Origin: Vulcanimicrobiota bacterium
GTDB taxonomy: Bacteria > Vulcanimicrobiota > Vulcanimicrobiia > Vulcanimicrobiales > Vulcanimicrobiaceae
Direction: 5' to 3'
DNA length: 26,113 bases
NCBI GenBank assembly: GCA_003167055.1
Contig: PMUE01000097.1
Location: 1 to 26,113 of the forward strand
Below, in pieces: positions 1 to 6,662 of this stretch. Position 1 is the stretch's first letter, and the number at the start of each line of letters is the position of its first letter. A model generated the notes under the pieces. That model had not been told where the DNA came from. It did not search any database and was given only the letters and a program-made list of their open reading frames with translations. The position numbers and the translations under genes were made by a program.

Positions 1-437
1 CCGTGCGTGATGATCAGCGGCATCGCGTTCGCGTGCGGCGACTTCACGTGGATGAAGTGGATGCCGACGCCGTCGATCTCGGTCGTGAACTGCGGGAGCG
101 CGTTCAGTTTCGCTTCGCACTTGCGCCAGTCGTAATCGGTGCTCCAGTATTTCGCCACCGCCTGCGCGGTGGCCAACTGGACGCCTTGCGATTGGTCGGC
201 TACCAGTTCAGGTGATGACGGCCATCGCGTGGCTTTGATGCGCCCGCGCAGATCGTCGAGCTCCGCTTGCGGAACGTTCACTTTTGGAAACGGGCGAATG
301 GTGGTTGCGCCGCTACTCGGCGGTTGTGTAACTTGTGTCACGGAATTCGACCTCTCTTGGCAGCCGGCGAGACTGAAGGGTACGGCAGCAAACGCTGCCG
401 CGGCGGTGCCGCAAAAGCGGCGACGGTTAAGGCCCAC
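1..437 (-). CDS. Epoxide hydrolase family protein (EHN N-terminal domain), 5' part only; Tat signal plus lipobox; runs off the window edge
   Basis: Not in the ORF track because there is no stop in the window. Manual translation from GTG 437 gives MGLNRRRFCGTAAAAFAAVPFSLAGCQ...IRPFPKVNVPQAELDDLRGRIKATRWP...QGVQLATAQAVAKYWSTDYDWRKCEAKLNALPQFTTEIDGVGIHFIHVKSPHANAMPLIITHG, which is the typical EHN region leading into the HG(WPGS) motif. Confidence 0.85.
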   Translation of the reverse strand, partial: MGLNRRRFCGTAAAAFAAVPFSLAGCQERSNSVTQVTQPPSSGATTIRPFPKVNVPQAELDDLRGRIKATRWPSSPELVADQSQGVQLATAQAVAKYWSTDYDWRKCEAKLNALPQFTTEIDGVGIHFIHVKSPHANAMPLIITH

Positions 438-493
438 CGAGCCACCATAGCAGCATCGCTGGGGAACGCCGTCGAGATTTCCTGGACAGCCAA

Positions 494-1090
494 CTACCGC
501 TTAGGAAGCGCGGGACCGCTTACGAACCTGCTGCCGCGTTCGTAGAAACGCCAAGGCCGGTTCTGCTCGCGGCTCAAACCGATTCGGGTTGTCGCGGCCA
601 CGACGGTGCGATTTTCGGAATCAGACACGCCAAGCCACAACGAAGGATCCGCGCATAAGTCAACCCCGTCATCGCGCAAGGTGATCGCCATGGCGAGGGC
701 CAGCCGCCCTGGACCACGCGCGAGATCGCGCACTGGCGACGAGCCGCGACGCTCCTTCATAAGGTCGATTCCTTCGGTCGGCTCGAGCGCGCGAATCAAC
801 ACGCCGGCGCCCACGCCGGCTCGTTCGCTCGAAACGTTGAGGCAACAATACATTCCGTAGATGAAATACACGTACGCGTGCCCGCGTGCCAGATAGAGTG
901 ACGCGTTTCTTTTCGTCTCGCCGCGAAACGCGTGCCCTGCCGCATCGCCGACCGGATAGGCTTCGGTCTCCACAATGCGGCCGCTGGTGCGGTGCCCACG
1001 AAGATCGTGCACTAACATTTTGCCAATGAGGAAGCGCGCAAGCTTGACGGTGTCGATGGGCAAGTCGCGCCTACGGAGCCGCTTGATCAA
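494..1090 (-). CDS. mpg: DNA-3-methyladenine glycosylase (MPG/AAG family)
   Basis: Motifs [47 protein letters not shown] and PWRFY. Start moved to TTG 1090, which has AGGAG upstream; the ORF-track start at 1300 overlaps the upstream gene. Confidence 0.93.
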   Translation of the reverse strand: MIKRLRRRDLPIDTVKLARFLIGKMLVHDLRGHRTSGRIVETEAYPVGDAAGHAFRGETKRNASLYLARGHAYVYFIYGMYCCLNVSSERAGVGAGVLIRALEPTEGIDLMKERRGSSPVRDLARGPGRLALAMAITLRDDGVDLCADPSLWLGVSDSENRTVVAATTRIGLSREQNRPWRFYERGSRFVSGPALPKR

Positions 1091-1107
1091 CCCAGGTCGT
1101 TCTCCTG

Positions 1108-1860
1108 TTACTTTACGCGATCGATCGTGATCGTGTGTTCGACCGTTTGCGAACTGTTCGTGGCGGACGTGAAGGTTTCGCGGTAGGTCGAATGCTCCAG
1201 TGTTCCGGATTGATCGAAGACGGCCTCGACGGCAATGTCGACGATCGAGGTTTTCTCGGCCGAGTCGCTTCGGCTTCGTCCCGATCCGCCCGAGCGCCAT
1301 CCGCCCGTCGATCCGCCGCGGCCTTCGCGACCGGAACGTGATGCGCCATTTTGCTTCGAGTTGCCGTCGGCGATCAGCGTCGCGCCGGTACTGCTACGCA
1401 CCAGATTGACGTCCAAGGGAACGACGACAGGAGCGGGCGATGTCTGCGGAGCGGGCGAGGACGTGCTTGTGGGCGCAGGCGGCGTGATACTCATGGCGGT
1501 CTGAGCGTGATCGCTCCCGTTAAGCGCTCCGGCGAGATGGCCCGGGAAATTCAGTTGCCCCAAGAGCACGACAATCGTCGGTGCCGCAGACCCAACCGGG
1601 TTGGGCGCTGCGAGCGAGAGACTGCCATCGTTTTCGCGGTTCACAAGCACGGCTGCACCAGATGCGCCGGCAAGCCGGGCAAACATGTGCGCGGCCGGCG
1701 TCCAGGTGATCACCAACGTGGAGACGTTCGGCGTTTCCTGCGCGCCCATTGTGGTGGTGACGCGATAGGTAACGCTCTCGCCGGAACGCGCCGGGCCGGC
1801 GAAATAGCTCGGGGAGGCGGCGACTAACGCTGCTGCGAGAAGACCACGGACGAACCACAT
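1108..1860 (-). CDS. Secreted hypothetical protein with Pro/Thr/Ser and Gly/Arg/Ser low-complexity linkers
   Basis: Long ORF with a signal-peptide-like N-terminus ([15 protein letters not shown]). Start uncertain (ATG 1860 or 1884). Confidence 0.7.
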   Translation of the reverse strand: MWFVRGLLAAALVAASPSYFAGPARSGESVTYRVTTTMGAQETPNVSTLVITWTPAAHMFARLAGASGAAVLVNRENDGSLSLAAPNPVGSAAPTIVVLLGQLNFPGHLAGALNGSDHAQTAMSITPPAPTSTSSPAPQTSPAPVVVPLDVNLVRSSTGATLIADGNSKQNGASRSGREGRGGSTGGWRSGGSGRSRSDSAEKTSIVDIAVEAVFDQSGTLEHSTYRETFTSATNSSQTVEHTITIDRVK

Positions 1861-1906
1861 ACTGCGCAAGAGCGTATCGTGCAATGCTGGGAGCCGGCTT
1901 CAGACA

Positions 1907-2134
1907 CTACGCGTAGCGGTCAACCTCGTGCTCGGGTGGCTTTTCCCAACGCACAACGGGCGAGACGGCCGGGGCGCGTGTCACATTTGCAAGATCGGGA
2001 TTGATGAGCGCGGGCAAGATCGGCAACGGGAGAGGCAGCGCCGTTGCGGGCGCAAAGCCGTACGTTCTCGAGATCGTCAGTTCGGTTGAAAACGGGTTGA
2101 TTGCTTCAACTGGTCCGATAGGTGAGCTCATCAT
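1907..2134 (-). CDS. Small hypothetical protein (75 aa)
   Basis: ATG lies 9 nt after the STAS stop on the same strand, with GGA upstream, and the ORF fills the gap. No recognisable domain. Confidence 0.45.
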   Translation of the reverse strand: MMSSPIGPVEAINPFSTELTISRTYGFAPATALPLPLPILPALINPDLANVTRAPAVSPVVRWEKPPEHEVDRYA

Positions 2135-2143
2135 GCGTCCGAT

Positions 2144-2578
2144 TCAGATGTCGACGGCGGTCAGGACGCTGGAGATCCATGCCGGAGTCGGGACATCGGT
2201 CCGCACAGCACGTGCCGGCGGCCGCGACGCCTGGATGTCGCCGGTGCAGGCGCGATGAACGACGACGCGTTCACCATCCTCGTGGAGGGCTTCATCGAGC
2301 GTGGCGACGACGCGAGCGAACGTGAAAACGTAAAGAAGCGAAAGCACCTTCTTGACGATTGGCGCGGGACGCACAATCGTCAGCCGGTTGCAGCGTCGGT
2401 CGGCGCGCCGGTTGTGAAGCCGTATGAGCTCGCCGATGAAGGTCGAGTCCAGGTATGTCACCGCGCTCATGTCCAGAACGAGATTCTGCTCATCGCGTAT
2501 CGCGTCGAACTCGGTCCGTAGTTGTGCCTGGTGCGTGAGGTCGTACTCACCGGCGAAGACTTTGACAACGGTAGCCAT
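2144..2578 (-). CDS. STAS-domain protein (anti-sigma factor antagonist-like)
   Basis: GEYDL, LVLDMSAVTYLDST (phosphorylatable Ser motif) and a strong GGAGG RBS. Confidence 0.85.
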   Translation of the reverse strand: MATVVKVFAGEYDLTHQAQLRTEFDAIRDEQNLVLDMSAVTYLDSTFIGELIRLHNRRADRRCNRLTIVRPAPIVKKVLSLLYVFTFARVVATLDEALHEDGERVVVHRACTGDIQASRPPARAVRTDVPTPAWISSVLTAVDI

Positions 2579-2611
2579 ACGTCTCTCCTCCCGTGAAGGC
2601 CGCTCGGCTAT

Positions 2612-2627
2612 CCCTACCCCCCCACCC
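2612..2627 (-). other. Canonical G-quadruplex-forming motif GGGTGGGGGGGTAGGG upstream of the STAS gene
   Basis: The + strand reads ccc-ta-ccccccc-a-ccc, giving four G3 tracts with 1/1/2-nt loops on the - strand. Confidence 0.4.
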
Positions 2628-2704
2628 TACGGCTCGTCGGAGCAGCCAGGTATAGTGTTTTTCACGATTAGCGGCCAACCGCCGCGTAGGTCGAAGATGC
2701 CGGC

Positions 2705-3310
2705 ATGCCCTTCATCCTGGCAGCCGTGCCGCTGGTCGTCGCGCTGGGCGGCTCGACCACCGACGGTTACGGGCTCCCGTCGCCGGCGACGCAGAACTAC
2801 GCCGCACGGTACGCGCAGCATATCCGCGGCTCGCTCGTAAATCTTGCCGTGTCCGGCGCTCAATGTGACGACGTGGTGAACAACCAGATTCCGAAGATGC
2901 CGCGCGGTGCGTCGATCGTGATCCTCGATTGCGGCATCAACGACATCGGCGGCTTCGGCTACACGCCGGAGGGCAAACCGGATGGTTCGAAGCGCACCGC
3001 GCCGGCCAACGACGCGGAGTTGTCAGCCGCACGGAGAGACTTTGCAAATGCGCTTGCGCTCATTCGTGAAAGAGCGCCGTCGGCTACGATCTACCTCGTG
3101 AACCTCCGTCACTGGCAGCGAATGACCGGCATCGAAGCGCCGCAGTTCGCCAAAGACGTGAACGCGTGGAACGTGATGCTGGCGGAAACGGGGCTGCACG
3201 TCGTCAACCTGAGCGGCGATCCGCGCATGTATCGCAAGGCGTATTTCCAAGACGATCTGCTTCACCCCAATGTGGAAGGAAACGCCGCGATCGCTAGCGA
3301 CTTCCACTAA
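2705..3310 (+). CDS. SGNH/GDSL-family hydrolase
   Basis: Block I LGGSTTDG, block II NLAVSGA, block III CGIND and block V DLLHPN. Confidence 0.8.
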   Translation: MPFILAAVPLVVALGGSTTDGYGLPSPATQNYAARYAQHIRGSLVNLAVSGAQCDDVVNNQIPKMPRGASIVILDCGINDIGGFGYTPEGKPDGSKRTAPANDAELSAARRDFANALALIRERAPSATIYLVNLRHWQRMTGIEAPQFAKDVNAWNVMLAETGLHVVNLSGDPRMYRKAYFQDDLLHPNVEGNAAIASDFH

Positions 3311-3314
3311 CGGT

Positions 3315-3557
3315 ATGGACGACGCCAAACGCCTGACGGCCGCGCTCAATGTGGCGGTCAAAAGCCCGCAATTCTCGAACAGCAAGGCGCGCGCGGTCGC
3401 GCGCCAAGCGCCGGCGGTGAATTGGCCCGCAACCAAGGCGCTCAATGCCGATTTCAATCCTGACGTCGACGGCTTTGAATCGTTCGTGATGAACGACGGC
3501 AGCACGTGCGAGTGGTCGTCGGGACAATTTCGCTACGTCACACAAGCGAGAAAATAA
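3315..3557 (+). CDS. Hypothetical protein (80 aa)
   Basis: ATG 4 nt after the SGNH stop, and its stop lies 1 nt before the ggt start, so it fits an operon. Confidence 0.55.
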   Translation: MDDAKRLTAALNVAVKSPQFSNSKARAVARQAPAVNWPATKALNADFNPDVDGFESFVMNDGSTCEWSSGQFRYVTQARK

Positions 3558-3558
3558 C

Positions 3559-5325
3559 ATGAAACGTGCTCTTGTGCTGTGTCTGACCCTTTGCATGCTC
3601 GCGTCCACGCCCGTACCGCCGGCGGTTCCGGCCGATGCTGCCGTGCGCGGAGATCGCTCCGAGGGATGGCTCGCGCAAAGCCGTTCGCCGGTGCTCGCGC
3701 GCAACGGCATCGTCGCCGCGAGCCAACCGCTGGCCGCGGAGGCGGGGCTGCGAATTTTGATGCAGGGCGGCAACGCGATCGATGCGGCGGTCGCGACGGC
3801 CGCGACGCTCAACGTCGTGGAGCCGATGATGGAAGGCATCGGCGGTGACGTCTTCGCCATCATCTATATTGCCAAAGATCGCCGCTACTACGTGCTCAAC
3901 GCGAGCGGTAAGGCGCCCACCGGCGCGACGATCGCGCACTACAACGAGCTCGGCTACGCCTACGATCCGAAGAATTGGGGACCCGGCTCGGGCATGCCGC
4001 GCGGCGGCATCCTCGACGTAACTGTGCCCGGCACGGTGTGGGGCTGGGATGCGGTGCTGCGGCGGTTTGGAACGATGAAGTTCGACCGCGTGCTCGCGCC
4101 GGCAGTCGACTACGCGCAGAACGGCTATGCCGTGTCGGAACGCATCGCGCACGACTGGGTTCTGCCGAACGGACTGCCGCTACGGGGATGCTGCACGCAG
4201 TTGGATCCCGATTCGGTGCGCACGTGGTATCCGGGCGGCGTAGCGCCGAAGACGGGAGAAATTTTTCGCAATCCCGAGCTTGCGCGCTCGCTGCGGCTGT
4301 TGCAGAAAGACGGCGCAGCCGCGTTTTATCGCGGTGAGATTGCCCGCGCAATCGTGGCCAAATCGCGCGCGCTCGGCGGCACGATGACGCTCGATGATCT
4401 GGCGAGTTATCGCGGCGAGTGGATGGAACCGGTCGAATCCGCGTATCACGGCGCGCATGTGTTGGAACTGCCGCCGCCGTCGCAAGGCTTCGCGACAAAT
4501 GAAGCGCTGAACATTCTCGCCGCCTGCGTGCCGAAGGTGGTGCCGGGCGAGACCCTCGCGTCGCTGGGGCCGGCGAATCCCGAATATTGGCATTTGCTGG
4601 TTGAAGCGAAGAAGCTCGCCTACGCTGACCTCTATCGCTACAACGCCGACCCCGACGTTGAGAAAGTACCGCTCGCGCGGCTGTTGTCCGTCGAACACGC
4701 GGAATCGCTGTGCGCGAAAATCGATCCTGACCACGCGTGGACACCCGCTCCACCGGGCGAGCCCTCCGGTGCGGGCGATACGATTGTGCTCTCGACCGCG
4801 GACCGTTGGGGCAACATGGTTTCGTGGGTGAACAGCAATTTCGATCCATTTGGATCGGGACTCACGGTACCGGGTTACGGCTTTATTCTGCACGATCGTG
4901 GTGGTCTGTTTACGTTGGACCCCAAGAGTCCGAATGCGATCGCGCCGCACAAGCGTCCGTTCAACACGCTGATGGCCGGGTTCATCGTGCGCGGCGACCG
5001 CCCACTCATGACGCTCGGGCTGATGGGCGGCGACATGCAAGCACAGGGTCACGAGCAAATCGTGGTCGACATCATCGATCTGGGTGCGAACGTGCAGCAG
5101 GCCGGCGACATTGCGCGCTTCCGGCACGATGAGATTTCCAACGTGCTCTCGCTCGAGTCGCCGCTGTACGATCTCGTTGGCGCACGCTTGAGCGCGATGG
5201 GCGACACCGTGAAGTCGACGACGCGTGCACCCATGGGTGGCTATCAGGCGATCATGCTGCTACCGAACGGCGCGTATGCTGCCGGCTCGGATTTCGGCAA
5301 AGATGGCGAGGCCGTCGGCTGGTAG
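3559..5325 (+). CDS. ggt: Gamma-glutamyltransferase family protein (Ntn hydrolase; YwrD/HpxW-like subfamily), secreted
   Basis: GGNAIDAAVA, GIGGDVF, VTVPG, GDTI (autoprocessing Thr), KRPFNTL, MGGDMQAQGH and AGSDFGKDG, plus an N-terminal signal peptide. Confidence 0.93.
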   Translation: MKRALVLCLTLCMLASTPVPPAVPADAAVRGDRSEGWLAQSRSPVLARNGIVAASQPLAAEAGLRILMQGGNAIDAAVATAATLNVVEPMMEGIGGDVFAIIYIAKDRRYYVLNASGKAPTGATIAHYNELGYAYDPKNWGPGSGMPRGGILDVTVPGTVWGWDAVLRRFGTMKFDRVLAPAVDYAQNGYAVSERIAHDWVLPNGLPLRGCCTQLDPDSVRTWYPGGVAPKTGEIFRNPELARSLRLLQKDGAAAFYRGEIARAIVAKSRALGGTMTLDDLASYRGEWMEPVESAYHGAHVLELPPPSQGFATNEALNILAACVPKVVPGETLASLGPANPEYWHLLVEAKKLAYADLYRYNADPDVEKVPLARLLSVEHAESLCAKIDPDHAWTPAPPGEPSGAGDTIVLSTADRWGNMVSWVNSNFDPFGSGLTVPGYGFILHDRGGLFTLDPKSPNAIAPHKRPFNTLMAGFIVRGDRPLMTLGLMGGDMQAQGHEQIVVDIIDLGANVQQAGDIARFRHDEISNVLSLESPLYDLVGARLSAMGDTVKSTTRAPMGGYQAIMLLPNGAYAAGSDFGKDGEAVGW

Positions 5326-5883
5326 TTAGCCGCCGTGGAATTGCTGCACGGCAAAGACGACGGCAAGTACGATCAAGACAGCGCCGGCGGCTTTCTCGGC
5401 GTTCTTTTCGAAGCGGTGACCGAGCATCGCACCAAAGGCGAGACCGACGAGCGTAAAGCACACCGTCGAGATTGCCACGGTCGTGAACAACGGCATCAGC
5501 GGCAAGTGCAGCGCCGGTAACGCAAACCCAACGCCCAGCGAGTCGAGGCTGATCGACAGCGAGGCGAGCAGTAGACCGCCGGTCGTGGCGACGTTGAACT
5601 CGCGGTCTGCATCCGACGAGAAGCCTTCGCGCAAGATCCACGCGCCGATGCCGGCAAGCACGATTAAGCCGATCCAGCTGGCAATCGCGCCCACGATGTG
5701 GCCGAGGCCCGTACCGAGCGACAGGCCGATGATCTGCATTAGGATCTCGGCCGTTGAGAACGCAAGGCCGAGACGGAGGCGCTGCGGCCACGGCGGTTCC
5801 TTGATCCCGATCGCCACGGAAAGCGCCAGCACGTCGAGCCCAATAGCTAAAGCGACACCGACAATACGAAGTGCCGTGTTCAC
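5326..5883 (-). CDS. mntP: Manganese efflux pump MntP family membrane protein
   Basis: Six hydrophobic segments in two repeats carrying IGLDVLALSVAIG and ISLDSLGVG, the two Asp-containing motifs of the family. Confidence 0.8.
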   Translation of the reverse strand: MNTALRIVGVALAIGLDVLALSVAIGIKEPPWPQRLRLGLAFSTAEILMQIIGLSLGTGLGHIVGAIASWIGLIVLAGIGAWILREGFSSDADREFNVATTGGLLLASLSISLDSLGVGFALPALHLPLMPLFTTVAISTVCFTLVGLAFGAMLGHRFEKNAEKAAGAVLIVLAVVFAVQQFHGG

Positions 5884-5894
5884 CGCGGCCCTAT

Positions 5895-5955
5895 TCTTAA
5901 GGATTTAGTTGACATCCCGGAGTTGTCTGTTGTATCCTCAACTAAAGATTTAGTT
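5895..5955 (+). promoter_or_regulatory. Sigma70-type promoter (TTGACA 5909-5914, TATCCT 5933-5938) bracketed by two operator-like sites
   Basis: Perfect palindrome AACTAAA-GA-TTTAGTT at 5940-5955 and a 12/16-identical copy TCTTAAGGATTTAGTT at 5895-5910 that overlaps the -35 hexamer. GGAGG RBS at 5957-5961. Confidence 0.65.
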
Positions 5956-5966
5956 TGGAGGTCGCC

Positions 5967-6662
5967 ATGCGAATTCTGGCCGTGGTTCTTGCCTGTCTCG
6001 TCGGTTCGGTGGCCGGCACCGTCGGCAGCGCCGCCGTAGCGTCGTCCCACAACCACGATTGGGGTCACGATAACTGCGTAACCGTCAACGCAGCGGGCGC
6101 CGACTGGGCCGGCCGCGATCTGCACGGTCAGCGTCTCGAATATACGGATTTGAGCCGTGGCAACCTGCGCAACGTGAACCTGCGCGATGCGAAGCTGACT
6201 TGCGTTGACTTCCGCGGTGCCGATTTACGCGGCGCCGACCTGCGCGGTGCAGAACTCACCGGCGTCGATTTCGAGGGTGCGCAGCTCGAAGGCGCCGTAT
6301 TCGACGGTGTGCGCGCCGTCGGCATCAGCGCGCCGGACGGAACGCTCAGCGCGCTTTCCAACGAGCAACTGCACGCGCTAATGAACGGCTGCACCGGATG
6401 CAACTTCGCCGACGCCGATCTGCACGGTCGCAACTTGAGCGGCATTCGGCTCACCGGTGCCGACCTGGCCAATGCGAATCTGCGTGGCGCCGATCTGCGC
6501 GGTTCGTATCTCACCGGCGTCGACTTCTCGCACACGCAGCTGGCCGGCGTAAAGCTCGAGAACGCGGCCTTGATCGGCTGCAGCTTTCGCGGCGTCGATC
6601 TCAGTTCAGTTGATTTCTCGACCGCGCGCATGACCGGCGACGACTTCCGCACCCGGCTCTAG
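5967..6662 (+). CDS. Secreted pentapeptide-repeat protein
   Basis: Signal peptide followed by A(D/N)LxG-type tandem repeats (ADLRG etc.) in two blocks separated by a CTGC-containing spacer. GGAGG RBS precedes ATG 5967. Confidence 0.92.
   Translation: MRILAVVLACLVGSVAGTVGSAAVASSHNHDWGHDNCVTVNAAGADWAGRDLHGQRLEYTDLSRGNLRNVNLRDAKLTCVDFRGADLRGADLRGAELTGVDFEGAQLEGAVFDGVRAVGISAPDGTLSALSNEQLHALMNGCTGCNFADADLHGRNLSGIRLTGADLANANLRGADLRGSYLTGVDFSHTQLAGVKLENAALIGCSFRGVDLSSVDFSTARMTGDDFRTRL

Noticed and set aside
5884-5966. yybP-ykoY manganese riboswitch upstream of mntP
   Set aside because: The 83-bp gap is AT-rich, occupied by promoter/operator elements, and shows no four-way-junction stems.
5967-6662. 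Qnr/MfpA quinolone-resistance protein
   Set aside because: It has a signal peptide and a two-module layout; Qnr/MfpA are cytoplasmic.
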